Source: a virus (taxonomy: Duplodnaviria > Caudoviricetes). From it: 64,000 bases of DNA. The stretch is from the IMG/VR virus record IMGVR_UViG_3300027776_000009; one strand, 5' to 3'. This document shows, one piece after another, positions 17,759-27,739 of this stretch (position 1 is its first letter; each line of letters starts with the position of its first letter). Made by a program: the position numbers and the translations under genes. The notes beneath the pieces were generated by a model, which had not been told where the DNA came from, searched no databases, and was given only the letters and a program-made list of their open reading frames with translations.

Positions 17759-19981
17759 ATGTCTGCTGATCCCGTAAAAGACGCTATTGGATTAAAACCC
17801 GATAGCGAGTGGGTACTGAGTACCTTCATGTTATCCACCGCTCACCTCCCGGCTAAGGTTCAGGAATGGCGGCTGCATACTCGTGCCAAACAAAAGTTCA
17901 CCGACACTCGTCTGGGGGGTAACTTTGCGATTAACCCACTCCCCAGTTATACCGAGAGTTGCGATATCAAGTCCAAAGGCTTGGATGGACGTGTCAGTAA
18001 TTCAGGTCGTACCTATCTGGGTATGGGTGACTTCTATTCTGAGCAGATTGATGACAACCAGCAATTGATCATGATGTCGTTCGGCGTCCCTGAATACAAC
18101 GGCATGATCAGTTTCTTTACAGGCTTCTTCAACAACGACGCAGCGCTCCTAGCCAATGAAGGTCGTGGATCTGTAAGTTACTATATTGGCCGTGCCGCTG
18201 GGTTCGTAATCTCCATGTCCGTGGTGATGGCTTTTCCCGTGTTATTGGGGTTCTGGGTAGCAAGACTGTTGCTATTCCGACCCAGTAGTAGCTACTACCG
18301 TTTCAAGGAAACCATGCCGCTCTTCTGGAACCGTTGCAACTTCATTGCTAACCAGATCGGTGTCAATATGGGGATCGTTCCCCGTATCTACAATTCAAAG
18401 ACTGGGGACAGTATCGAAGACACCAAACTGGACCAGAACGAGAAGTACATTGACTACGCTCACCGTAATGGCGATCCTGACATCTATCGCAAAGGCGGCG
18501 GGATCGATATCTACGCCGTTGCCACCCGCGCACAGCGTATGTCCAATGTTCGATATTCGGAACTGATTGCTCTGGAAGGTAAGGACAATGATCCGACTTC
18601 GATGGCGCAGGCTATGAAAACGTGGATGTATAAGCGAATCATGGACCCCTGGCCGGAGCAACGCATTGAAGACTATCTGGACGCGTATCACAGGAGTGCT
18701 TTGGGGGATAAAACCAACCTGCGCGATAACCCCATCGCTGCCAAAATCAACACGGATGTTTCAGAACTTCAGGCAGCAGAAACCCCCCCGGGGTCGGAAG
18801 CCCCCGCGGCTGAACAAACCCCCAATTACGGAGCCACTCCCTTACGCGATCGCTATATCCCTAACACCACCGGTGACGGGGAAGAGAAATCGCAAGAAGG
18901 CTATGGGCGTAAACCCGGTATGTTGGACTATTACAAAGCTCAGCAGCAAGATGGTTCACGATGGATTGGATACCGGGTCAATTACGAACCCAACATCGAA
19001 GAGAGCTTCTCCAATAGCACAGACACTCCGCAGATTGCGAATACCTTCAACGGTGCGTCAGGCGGCGCACGGGAGCTTAACTTCACACTGAGTGGAGGTC
19101 AAACCGGTCTAGGGATTGTAGACAGCGCGGTGACGGCTGTGAAGGACATGTTCAAGGGAGCTGTGGATTCTGTTGGAATGTCCGGACTCATGGCACTGGC
19201 AGGGGGTGGATTTGTAGACATCCCTAAACACTGGTCCAGTTCCTCGTCCAGTTTCCCGTCAGCCAGCTTTACGATCGAGTTACGGAGTTGGGCAGGTAAT
19301 AAGCAAGCTCGTTTCCAAAACATCATGATCCCATTGGCGACGCTTTTAGCGGCAGCCCTTCCAATATCCACAGGTCGACATTCCTACACTTCCCCGTTCC
19401 TGTGTCAACTGTTCTCACGCGGCCGCCAGCAAATCAAGCTCGGCATGATTACCTCCCTTCGTATCACACGAGGTACCGGAGAAATGGGATGGTCTCGTAA
19501 TAACGAAGTACTGGGCATTGACGTGACCTTCGAAGTTTCCGATATGTCCTCCATCATGCATGTCCCCATCGATAACGGCAGCCCCGGTCTTAAAGCTGCT
19601 GCTCAGGTTGTGGGCGGTGTTGGTGGAGCGATAGCGGGCGGTGCTGTGGCGGGTCCCTATGGTGCCGTGTTAGCAGGCGCCGCTGGAGCACAAGGGGCAG
19701 GGTTTGTAGCCGAGGGGGTCTCTAAAGTTATCGATGGAATCTTTACGGATGAAAACCCTTTCATGGATTACATGGCAGTTTTGGGAAATCTATCTACGGC
19801 TGACCAGATCTATCGCTCACGGAAACTCTTCTTGAATCTCACGCGGGCATACCAAGCCTTCGATACTCACTTCACGAAAGCTCACTTCGCCTCGTCGTTA
19901 GATGAGGGAGGTCCCTCACGCATCGTGGGTCATGCTTTTGGTATCTTTACTCGCAACAACAACTCGTTGGTGGTTAACTAA
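17759..19981 (+). CDS. virion structural protein (baseplate/tail-tip, phiKZ gp182-like)
   Basis: 740 aa downstream of the tape-measure gene. Contains FTDTRLGGNFAINP and YTSPFLCQ..GMITSLRITRG, reminiscent of tube-initiator/hub folds. TTTATG late-type motif upstream. Confidence 0.7.
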   Translation: MSADPVKDAIGLKPDSEWVLSTFMLSTAHLPAKVQEWRLHTRAKQKFTDTRLGGNFAINPLPSYTESCDIKSKGLDGRVSNSGRTYLGMGDFYSEQIDDNQQLIMMSFGVPEYNGMISFFTGFFNNDAALLANEGRGSVSYYIGRAAGFVISMSVVMAFPVLLGFWVARLLLFRPSSSYYRFKETMPLFWNRCNFIANQIGVNMGIVPRIYNSKTGDSIEDTKLDQNEKYIDYAHRNGDPDIYRKGGGIDIYAVATRAQRMSNVRYSELIALEGKDNDPTSMAQAMKTWMYKRIMDPWPEQRIEDYLDAYHRSALGDKTNLRDNPIAAKINTDVSELQAAETPPGSEAPAAEQTPNYGATPLRDRYIPNTTGDGEEKSQEGYGRKPGMLDYYKAQQQDGSRWIGYRVNYEPNIEESFSNSTDTPQIANTFNGASGGARELNFTLSGGQTGLGIVDSAVTAVKDMFKGAVDSVGMSGLMALAGGGFVDIPKHWSSSSSSFPSASFTIELRSWAGNKQARFQNIMIPLATLLAAALPISTGRHSYTSPFLCQLFSRGRQQIKLGMITSLRITRGTGEMGWSRNNEVLGIDVTFEVSDMSSIMHVPIDNGSPGLKAAAQVVGGVGGAIAGGAVAGPYGAVLAGAAGAQGAGFVAEGVSKVIDGIFTDENPFMDYMAVLGNLSTADQIYRSRKLFLNLTRAYQAFDTHFTKAHFASSLDEGGPSRIVGHAFGIFTRNNNSLVVN

Positions 19982-19982
19982 A

Positions 19983-20021
19983 CGCATAGACGTCCGGGGA
20001 GCAATCCCCGGACCTATGTCG
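19983..20021. terminator. TATG-flanked hairpin between convergent genes
   Basis: GCATAG-AC-GTCCGGGGA-GCAA-TCCCCGGAC-CTATGT. Confidence 0.7.
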
Positions 20022-20028
20022 TTGATGT

Positions 20029-21111
20029 TCAGCCAATGGCCGCGTGGGGATAAAACCCCTTTAGTAACTCCAGCACTGGACGCTTGGGAAACAATGGGGC
20101 GTAATGAATCAATACAGCGTGAATCGGATTCAGCGTCAGCACACGTTTCCCATCGCTGGACACTTGCTGATATACTTCCAAATCAGGAAACCAATCCCCA
20201 TTCCTCAACCCTTGATTCCAGTGCGTACTGATGCGAACTACCAAGTTGATCAATGCGTTGTACTCAACCATGGTGGGTTTAGAAACCCCGGTAGGTAGGC
20301 GGTAATTAGCCAACAAGAGTGCTATAATGTTCGGAACCTCGTGGAGAATAGCGCCAGCCGTCACCCCACCGTCCATGACCTTCGTCAGCCCAGCTACATC
20401 GCCGTGTTCAGCCAATTGTCTGGCCATGGACAAAAGAAACCGTTTCTTTTCCTCGGCCCCATCAATCTTAGCCACAATGGAGTCATAGAGTTCGGGTAGT
20501 CTCAGCTCGGACAACTTAGCCATAGCTGTTCCCAGCATTGCAAACTCATCCCCCAAATGAGTGATGTTGGCGACTTCACTATTCCCAGTGACCGTTTTCA
20601 GAAGCTCTAACGCCCCCGCTGCGGTTGTTGGATTCCCTTTGGATTTGATTTCTCCGGCAACCCCGTAGAGCACTTTGAACTTAGGGTTTTCATCCAACAG
20701 CGCTTTAGCGGGATCAACCGCACCCGGTAACCCAAGACCTCCCTTGATGATATCGGCATGCTTATCACTGAAGCCTACGGACTTTAGCAAATCCGTAACG
20801 ATGGGGTCCTTCAGGGTTGATAGTGACTGAAGCTTTGCTAAAGCCCCCGAGGTGGCGTCGTTGATTTTCTTGAGGGCTTCATCCTTGGTTAGTTCACCGG
20901 ACTGTAGCTTCTTAGCCAATGACAGTACATTGGCTTCATCCAACGTGGTGCTTACACCACCCTGTACTTGAGCAATGGCGTCTTTGACGGTGCTGGTAAT
21001 GGATTCAACAATGGTATTGGTGGGTTTAGCTTCGGTGGCCTTGTAGACATCCACCACAGCAACATCGTCCTTAGGACCCGTGGTAAAGGTCGTGGGTATG
21101 GTTTTTCCCAT
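20029..21111 (-). CDS. conserved hypothetical protein (possibly virion)
   Basis: ORF track gives 21135. ATG at 21111 (MGKTIP) has an AGGAG Shine-Dalgarno and avoids the upstream terminator tail. Confidence 0.75.
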   Translation of the reverse strand: MGKTIPTTFTTGPKDDVAVVDVYKATEAKPTNTIVESITSTVKDAIAQVQGGVSTTLDEANVLSLAKKLQSGELTKDEALKKINDATSGALAKLQSLSTLKDPIVTDLLKSVGFSDKHADIIKGGLGLPGAVDPAKALLDENPKFKVLYGVAGEIKSKGNPTTAAGALELLKTVTGNSEVANITHLGDEFAMLGTAMAKLSELRLPELYDSIVAKIDGAEEKKRFLLSMARQLAEHGDVAGLTKVMDGGVTAGAILHEVPNIIALLLANYRLPTGVSKPTMVEYNALINLVVRISTHWNQGLRNGDWFPDLEVYQQVSSDGKRVLTLNPIHAVLIHYAPLFPKRPVLELLKGFYPHAAIG

Positions 21112-21130
21112 GGTGGTGCTCCTATAGCGG

Positions 21131-21163
21131 CACAAAAAAAGAGAGGGGTTATCCCCCTCTCTC
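21131..21163 (-). terminator. intrinsic terminator
   Basis: AGAGAGGGG...CCCCTCTCT stem followed on the minus strand by a long T-run and GTG. Confidence 0.75.
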
Positions 21164-21168
21164 CCTCA

Positions 21169-21594
21169 TTAATCGCGTTCCTCGGTTTCTTCTGAGGTCG
21201 CAATAACAGATTCTCCATATTCCTTCAGGTGGGCCATGTCGACGCGGAGACTGTGTACGGTCTCCAGGTTATTTCTCCACCCGAGGTGTACTTCGAAGCG
21301 CACGTGTTTCGGTGTCATGATACGCAGGAACTTGAGGAACTTCTTCCACGTCATATCCGGTGCAGCAAGGTCTTTCATGATATTCCCTCGCTCACTGGAG
21401 CGCGCTTTGTTATCCGCGGGCACTCCGTTCACCGGATTATTGATATACTGCTGAATGCGGTCATTCATCAGCGACTCGGTAACCCCCAGATCGCGACAGA
21501 TGACACTAAACAGTTTCCCCAGTACGCCCGTTGCATCACGAAACCCTTTATCGGGCTTCTCCAGCTTCTCTCCCAAACTGTTTGCTTTACTCAT
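21169..21594 (-). CDS. conserved hypothetical protein
   Basis: 141 aa. ATGA overlap with the upstream ORF. Confidence 0.75.
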   Translation of the reverse strand: MSKANSLGEKLEKPDKGFRDATGVLGKLFSVICRDLGVTESLMNDRIQQYINNPVNGVPADNKARSSERGNIMKDLAAPDMTWKKFLKFLRIMTPKHVRFEVHLGWRNNLETVHSLRVDMAHLKEYGESVIATSEETEERD

Positions 21595-22145
21595 TCGCGT
21601 GCTGTTGCGTTCAGCAACCCTCTCAGTAAGTAGAGAAGGTCCTGATGGACAATCGCAAGCTTACGCTGGTAGTACCGCCCATATCTCCCTCCCCCGTAGA
21701 CGATTAAGGCGTTATTCAACTGTTGTAATCTATCCTGAAGAACCAATAAGAATTCCACAGGATCGACACGCCCCCCCATGTTGGACACCAGATAGGTATC
21801 CAGGTTCACCCGATGGACGTTAGCCAACTCGGCCAACATAGTATTTGGTACGTACTTCTGCGACTCCCCATCGCTCACCACCCCCTCTCTCACGAGATCA
21901 ATGAATGCATCCAACCACGCAATCAATTTCACCGCTGACGCCGACCGAAGATCCATTTCAATCTCTCTCAGGCGTCGATCACCCGCGTACATCCGTAACA
22001 GATGCGGACTAACACAGAGCGAGAACCCATGTAGCCATGCAATCGCATCGGCGCCCTCTTGGTAATCCGGGAGCTTAGTGAGTCGACGGTTTTGCCAAAA
22101 GGTGTACCAGACCCCAACCCAGTGTCTCACCCACCTTGAGATCAT
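21591..22145 (-). CDS. hypothetical protein
   Basis: 184 aa, GAGGAG Shine-Dalgarno, promoter-like motif upstream. Confidence 0.75.
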   Translation of the reverse strand: MISRWVRHWVGVWYTFWQNRRLTKLPDYQEGADAIAWLHGFSLCVSPHLLRMYAGDRRLREIEMDLRSASAVKLIAWLDAFIDLVREGVVSDGESQKYVPNTMLAELANVHRVNLDTYLVSNMGGRVDPVEFLLVLQDRLQQLNNALIVYGGGRYGRYYQRKLAIVHQDLLYLLRGLLNATARE

Positions 22146-22170
22146 ATCACTCTCCTCAACCGGAATCCCA

Positions 22171-22190
22171 TTAGGTAGTGTGTATGTATA
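22171..22190 (-). promoter_or_regulatory. putative early promoter, variant
   Basis: Minus strand TATACATACACACTACCTAA, matching 1454-1471. Confidence 0.55.
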
Positions 22191-22233
22191 TGTCCATGGA
22201 TATTATGACCCCTTCCCACCCGCGAGGTGAACT

Positions 22234-22686
22234 ATGTCGATATCCACAGACGCCCCGCTGAGCGACGAATCCATACTGGACTTTACTCAACGGCTGCGTA
22301 AAAGAGTTGTCAGTAAGCTAACCAACGATGGTGAAAGCTTACCTAATGACCCCAAAGAAGTCATCACGCTGAATACGGTTCTGGACTCCATGGATCGTAC
22401 CGCGCTGGGATCTATTCGATCCAAACGCGAGGCGCAGATTGACGATATGTCCAAACAAGCCGCCGCGTTGGTTCATGAGGTTCTGAAGAAAGCAGGTAAT
22501 GTCGATCTCTTCGCGGTCGCTGTTACCACGCCGCGCGCAGTACCTGAAATCCCCGATGACATGGCGGAACCAACCATTGTCCCCGGCGAGCTGGATGTCG
22601 GACTACAAACCATGACGGCGGATAGCTTCATGGCAGATTTCGAAGCCAAGAAAGCTGCCCGCAGTGACCAACCTCCCGAAGACTAA
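22234..22686 (+). CDS. conserved hypothetical protein
   Basis: 150 aa, GAGGTG Shine-Dalgarno, TTATG motif upstream, hairpin at 22691-22716 downstream. Confidence 0.8.
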   Translation: MSISTDAPLSDESILDFTQRLRKRVVSKLTNDGESLPNDPKEVITLNTVLDSMDRTALGSIRSKREAQIDDMSKQAAALVHEVLKKAGNVDLFAVAVTTPRAVPEIPDDMAEPTIVPGELDVGLQTMTADSFMADFEAKKAARSDQPPED

Positions 22687-22714
22687 ACTAAGCTCCCAGG
22701 GGATCCCCTGGGGC

Positions 22715-23527
22715 TTATGCCGTGGATTCCGTCATGCTAGTCACAATGGACTTTAGTCGCTCGGGGTCACTGAGACATCCTGTTCGGAAGTCTAATAGAC
22801 AAAAAGCCGACGGCGGGGTGAAGACGATCCCAATCAACTCCGCAAAGTTCCACTTCGTTGCGATAAACGGATCCAGAGAATCCCCGTTCGGCATCTGACG
22901 TTTAGTGGGGTCATCTACTCCGTCTTCCGTGATAAGTAATCCCGGTGTGATGAAACTCGAAGCCGGTACGCACACGGGCTTCTTATCCTTCGGGTAGACT
23001 CGAAAGGTTTCACGTAGCCACGTGTCCAGTGAGTAGGAAATCATCCCCACCCATTTTTCTTTTGCGATGCGTGACGTGGTCATTTCGTGCGGTGCTAAAT
23101 GTACTGAGGTAATAGGAGTGTGTAGCCCGGCACGTGTTAATACGGCTACCTGAAAGGCGTAGGTTTCATCCGCCGTCAGTTGGTAAGGCCATGTGTTAAT
23201 GATTATCTCCGCCCCATCAACCTCGGCATCTCCGGTGATTTCAGCCCGCTCCATCTCCTGAATCAGCATACTCAAGAAAGGGACCATCTCGGTAATAGTG
23301 CTTCGCTTGAGCGTGTTTACATCCCGATTCTCATACGCGATTTGATAAGCCGCGTTGTTGATTCCAGGATGCAACCGAGCAAACTCATCACTGCGTCGAG
23401 TCTGATAGCGGTGGAAGAGTTCAGGATCCGTTACAATCTCTTTGGCAATGTCGGGATACAGACCCGCGATCGTACCTAAGCGGGTATCCAGCAGTGCGTC
23501 GAGCTCCACAACCAAGCGCTGTAACAT
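22715..23527 (-). CDS. conserved hypothetical protein (degenerate HAD-like N-terminus)
   Basis: 270 aa. N-terminal LVVELDALLDTR resembles HAD motif I with the first Asp replaced by Glu. Confidence 0.7.
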   Translation of the reverse strand: MLQRLVVELDALLDTRLGTIAGLYPDIAKEIVTDPELFHRYQTRRSDEFARLHPGINNAAYQIAYENRDVNTLKRSTITEMVPFLSMLIQEMERAEITGDAEVDGAEIIINTWPYQLTADETYAFQVAVLTRAGLHTPITSVHLAPHEMTTSRIAKEKWVGMISYSLDTWLRETFRVYPKDKKPVCVPASSFITPGLLITEDGVDDPTKRQMPNGDSLDPFIATKWNFAELIGIVFTPPSAFCLLDFRTGCLSDPERLKSIVTSMTESTA

Positions 23528-23530
23528 GGG

Positions 23531-24103
23531 TTATTCCTCAGTACTGACACCAGTATAGGGAGCCACTGTGCTGATGTGGAGCCATTCTGTGGTCTCAATC
23601 CCAGCTAAATAAATCGCCACCGCCAGCGTCATCCAGGGATTAGCGGAAAAGACAGATCGCCACTGTGCCGGAGTGAGGTGGCGATCTTCAAGGCCTGTCT
23701 CCACATGGAATCGTTCATCGCCTTTGCTGATACTGCCCGGGTACATCGCAGACAGAGACTCCACGAAATCCTCATGCAGCAGTTTAATCAGCTCGGACAA
23801 CTTGCAGTCATGATCGACCCGACCCAGTCGATGGAAGAACTGCGTAGATGCCGACAGATACATCGCCATGAAATCATCATTCTCGGCAATGGTGTCCCAT
23901 ACCTCTTCGATGTCGGACTTGGAAAAGAACGCAGGGTAGAGAAACGATTTTCCCAACGCATCCCACATGTCCACCCACTTCCCTGCTTGTTCCGCTACGG
24001 AAAGTGCTTCTTCTCGATTGGCCACCATCATTCGACCACGGCTTTCAGCCATGACAACCGATACAGAGGCTAGAACCAACCCCTTTAGTGCTTCAGCAAA
24101 CAT
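23531..24103 (-). CDS. hypothetical protein
   Basis: 190 aa, tightly packed in the uvsX operon. Confidence 0.75.
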   Translation of the reverse strand: MFAEALKGLVLASVSVVMAESRGRMMVANREEALSVAEQAGKWVDMWDALGKSFLYPAFFSKSDIEEVWDTIAENDDFMAMYLSASTQFFHRLGRVDHDCKLSELIKLLHEDFVESLSAMYPGSISKGDERFHVETGLEDRHLTPAQWRSVFSANPWMTLAVAIYLAGIETTEWLHISTVAPYTGVSTEE

Positions 24104-24106
24104 GAT

Positions 24107-24787
24107 TTACTTCTCCGAGAAATTGCTTTCCAGATGCATCGCTCGCAATAAAGTGTCCAAGGTTTCCGTAGCTTTCACTGTGGTCCCCAGTTTATCCACC
24201 TCAGACATTTTGGCGTTACCGGTCGTGTTAATGAGTCGATCAATCTCCCGCATCCCCTTCAGGTCACCACCGCGGTACTTGATAAACTCTTTGATGACAT
24301 CCTCGTGCCCCGTGGAGTACAGCACCATGAGTTCCGGCATGGAGATAGAGCTGGCCTTACTGATAGGACCGGCAACCTGATCGGTCATTTCATCGACGTG
24401 TTTATTATCTTCCGGAACACTGATCTTGTTAATCAGTGTTTGGATTTGACGCCGCACGGGAATATGGAGACAGAGATACTTCTGGTTGGAGCGAGTGATC
24501 TGTCCCGTTTCAGGCTGCTCTGTCCAAATGTAGTGAAAAAAGGAAACCCCCATTTCCTTCGCGACGTCGAAGTTGTTCTCCGTCGTGATGGGGTGTTTGG
24601 TGAGGTTGTCCAAGATAAACGCTACGAAATCACGCCCTTCTTCCAGTGCGGTAATGTACTGGTCAAAGGTCTCGTCAGTCATTTCCTTAAAGAATGTCCG
24701 GTAGATATCACCGGTGCGATTGGAGGGGTCGATTTTATCGACCCATTGAAGACAGACAGCCTCAGCCGCCTTGCGATTACCTGCCAT
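24107..24787 (-). CDS. virion RNA polymerase beta C-terminal fragment, phiKZ gp149-like
   Basis: 226 aa. RRQIQTL..KIS...D.MT.QV.G..K..SISMPE and E..K.RGGD correspond to the beta C-terminal region (cf. TQQP.GG....GEME...E..T.KSDD). Confidence 0.8.
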   Translation of the reverse strand: MAGNRKAAEAVCLQWVDKIDPSNRTGDIYRTFFKEMTDETFDQYITALEEGRDFVAFILDNLTKHPITTENNFDVAKEMGVSFFHYIWTEQPETGQITRSNQKYLCLHIPVRRQIQTLINKISVPEDNKHVDEMTDQVAGPISKASSISMPELMVLYSTGHEDVIKEFIKYRGGDLKGMREIDRLINTTGNAKMSEVDKLGTTVKATETLDTLLRAMHLESNFSEK

Positions 24788-24816
24788 GAGTTATCCCCAT
24801 ACGCGGTGCGACGTGG

Positions 24817-26205
24817 TTACTTCAGCCAATAGGGTTTATATAGCCCTTTGCGCATCATCAGTAGGTCCCACGTAGACAAGAAAGGAATCGGATGTTTGTC
24901 ATTGTCAAACGTCCACCATCCCCGCGTATCCAGCAATTGATCCCAATTGTAACCTTTTTGCTTGAGATCGCTATAGAGTTCCGCGGGGTCACACAACATA
25001 GACCGGTCGATGTGGGTCCAGTAGTGAGACATCTGGAGAATCTCGGCTTGGATTTCAGCCGCTCGGCGCAGACGGTAATCGGAATCGAACTTGCCTCGAA
25101 TCGTAGTGCGCTGTAATGACGTTTCCGGGCACAGTGCTAAGGTGTAATTGCGGTCGGTACCCACAATCCCAAAACGCTCATGCTCATCCAGATAGACAAA
25201 GCATGACAGCGGACGATGTACCCCGTGAGTTTGACTCAGTACGATTTCATGAGTCATCCCAGTCAGTCCGTATTTACCGCGAACGCATTGGAACATGATG
25301 GTCATGAGATCCGTCAGACCCTCCACGTCCATATCCGGACCCTTGGGGTATTTAGGTTTTCCCGTCTTATCGTTCTTGAGTACTGTTGCCGCATGCGCTA
25401 CCCAGCAGTTGTTGGTCAACAGCGTAAACTTCTCCGGAACGTTTTTGAACTTGATCTTGGACTTCAGGAACGCTAGCTTCTTCTGAGGAGGCGATCGGGG
25501 ATCCAATGCATGTTCATCCCCCATATGTGCGGTTAACATGAAGTAAAGTCCTTGACGCGCAGCCAAGGTGGGCATTTCCAACATCATTTGAGTTTTGGAC
25601 CCCGCGTCCCGCAACGCTTCGGTGTTGCGATCACTGGCACCAATCCCGTTCTCGTCCTGGATCTTTAGCACGTTGGCCGAGCTAAACATCGAAAAGGAAT
25701 CAACGAAGATAGCACGCGGATGCAGGGTTTTAACAAAGCTCCCGTCGCGGTCGAGAAATGGTGTCGTACCCAACATGGCTTTGGTGGGTTTCAGACGATC
25801 TTCGGTTCCTTTACGAATGAGGTCATAAAACTCCGTCCCGTTGTACTCTGCTTTGTCCGTCAGTACGAACCGTCCACACGTGTCAATATCAACATCTTTG
25901 AGGAGGTTTTCACAACCCGCGGACAGCATGCGCTGACGGCGAACACTGGCAGATATCTCGGTGTCGTATTTGATTTCATCGCTCTCGTAACGATCCAGAA
26001 CCGTGATGAGCATATTGTCCGCAATGGTGGACTTAAAGACATTACCCCGCCCACCAATCCCGGTAATGTAGGTCAGGCCAGCGTTCAGCAGAGATTCTCC
26101 GTATTTACCCAGCTCATATCCACCGGTTGGGATATCAAAAGGAAACCCCAGATTGAACATGGGGCGCAACAAGGGAGAAGGACGTATGGTGGAGAGAAAG
26201 GACAT
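24817..26205 (-). CDS. uvsX: UvsX/RecA-like recombinase (phiKZ gp152-like)
   Basis: Walker A GRGNVFKST, YDTE, Walker B IFVDS. Likely start at MSFLST (26205). Confidence 0.8.
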   Translation of the reverse strand: MSFLSTIRPSPLLRPMFNLGFPFDIPTGGYELGKYGESLLNAGLTYITGIGGRGNVFKSTIADNMLITVLDRYESDEIKYDTEISASVRRQRMLSAGCENLLKDVDIDTCGRFVLTDKAEYNGTEFYDLIRKGTEDRLKPTKAMLGTTPFLDRDGSFVKTLHPRAIFVDSFSMFSSANVLKIQDENGIGASDRNTEALRDAGSKTQMMLEMPTLAARQGLYFMLTAHMGDEHALDPRSPPQKKLAFLKSKIKFKNVPEKFTLLTNNCWVAHAATVLKNDKTGKPKYPKGPDMDVEGLTDLMTIMFQCVRGKYGLTGMTHEIVLSQTHGVHRPLSCFVYLDEHERFGIVGTDRNYTLALCPETSLQRTTIRGKFDSDYRLRRAAEIQAEILQMSHYWTHIDRSMLCDPAELYSDLKQKGYNWDQLLDTRGWWTFDNDKHPIPFLSTWDLLMMRKGLYKPYWLK

Positions 26206-26301
26206 GGATGGATCCCCAATAGAGTTATTGTTACTACACACAAAAATGGTGGATTACGTTTATTTTTATGATCACACCCTATCCCCCTATTCGAGGTTAA
26301 C

Positions 26302-27156
26302 ATGCGTACCCCTCTTCCGTTGAACGACTCGTCCCTCGATGCGGACTATCTCGTGGTTTCCCAAGAAGCTGACTTCTTAGGAATTGGTAAAGCTACTGCT
26401 GGTTTTGCCAAGACCTTGAGCGGTTTTGTGTTCGATGTCAAGTCTCGTGTCGGCATGCTATTCAGTGGTCTCCTTCACCGTCAAGCCAGTAAGTTCCATC
26501 CGGATGGCTCGCTGGGTCGGGACATCATGAAGGCCAACTATGTTCAGTTGTCATCGATGGAGCTACCCGCGCCAACGGGTTTCAAAGGCCCGTGGACCGA
26601 TTATCTGGCGGCAGTAGCCGATGGCGTTGCGCTGATGGAAAGTTTCCGTAAAGACGTCTTGACGCCGACGAAGTTCTACTTCTCGCAACTGCTGGGGGCT
26701 CCCGAAATGCTGTCCTCACTGGCTCCTCAACAGGCGGAAAGTGAAATCAAAGACCGTACCTCCGATCGCAATGCCGTCATGGCACGTATCGCGCTGACGT
26801 TTGAACCCAACAGTAACTCAGAAGCAACGACCTTCGGGCGCGGCTTCCCGCGGTTATCGGACTGGACTCACTGCGCTGGGTTGGTGGAGACGTTGAACTA
26901 CCGTCTGGGGACGTGTGCTCCTGAGAGCATGCTCAAGGACGTCGAAGAAACCGTCAAGATCATGGAATTGCTGGCATTGCGAGTGAAGCAAGACTCCGAA
27001 CGCTACGCTGTCTCTGGTCCGCGAGCCAAAGCACTCTCGCAGCACTCCTTGAATCTGGGTAATGAGGCTCAGTTTTACACCTCGCTTTACTACCAACTGC
27101 AAACGATCACGGAATCATTCGTGAAGTCGACGGACGCCTTGAAAAAGGTAGTGTAA
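26302..27156 (+). CDS. virion head protein (phiKZ gp153-like)
   Basis: 284 aa, divergent from uvsX. N-terminal S-Q-E protease site, GAGGT Shine-Dalgarno, TTATG upstream. Confidence 0.65.
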   Translation: MRTPLPLNDSSLDADYLVVSQEADFLGIGKATAGFAKTLSGFVFDVKSRVGMLFSGLLHRQASKFHPDGSLGRDIMKANYVQLSSMELPAPTGFKGPWTDYLAAVADGVALMESFRKDVLTPTKFYFSQLLGAPEMLSSLAPQQAESEIKDRTSDRNAVMARIALTFEPNSNSEATTFGRGFPRLSDWTHCAGLVETLNYRLGTCAPESMLKDVEETVKIMELLALRVKQDSERYAVSGPRAKALSQHSLNLGNEAQFYTSLYYQLQTITESFVKSTDALKKVV

Positions 27157-27164
27157 GAACTAAC

Positions 27165-27203
27165 AGCATAGGCTCCGGGGATAGTCCCCGGAGCAGTATG
27201 CCG
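27165..27203. terminator. TATG-flanked hairpin between convergent genes
   Basis: CAGCATAG-GCTCCGGGGA-TAG-TCCCCGGAGC-AGTATGCCG. Confidence 0.7.
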
Positions 27204-27641
27204 TCAGACATGCCTCAACGAATTACAGGCGAACAAACGGATCACGTCTTTCCCCATATTTTCGTAGGTGTCATATCGCAGCCACGCAGGCGTCAGGTCG
27301 ACCAGCATCTTGCTGACTCGCTGAGCCTCGGTATAGGGTAAACACTGATCGCTGGAGTACTGTCCTATCTGAGAGACTACCTCCTCGGGCAATCGATCTC
27401 GACCCCAAACGACATTATGAAAGTGCGCGGGATAACTGAGTGCGTCTTCAGAGTCCGCTAGCCGCATGCTCTCATTGAGTTTTTTCAGGGTCTCGTCGTC
27501 AAACACCCCGTCTTGAACCAATTGCGCATGCAGCGATACCAGCATGAGAATACGCTTTCCCTTCTTGGGTAAGATGAAGCCCAGTACCAGGAAGCAGAAG
27601 TTTCTCAGGATCCGCCAGAATCCTGCTTGGATGTGTGACAT
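27204..27641 (-). CDS. hypothetical protein with N-terminal hydrophobic segment
   Basis: Probable start MSHIQAG at 27641 (AAGGTGG Shine-Dalgarno). The ORF-track start overlaps the RNase H gene. Confidence 0.7.
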   Translation of the reverse strand: MSHIQAGFWRILRNFCFLVLGFILPKKGKRILMLVSLHAQLVQDGVFDDETLKKLNESMRLADSEDALSYPAHFHNVVWGRDRLPEEVVSQIGQYSSDQCLPYTEAQRVSKMLVDLTPAWLRYDTYENMGKDVIRLFACNSLRHV

Positions 27642-27739
27642 ACACCCACCTTTTGAGTCAGTCGTATCAAGAATAGAACCGTAGTCAAAACGACGGTTCC
27701 GCCGTTTACAGGAGCGCTTTGTGCTTGCCCTCCCATAGA

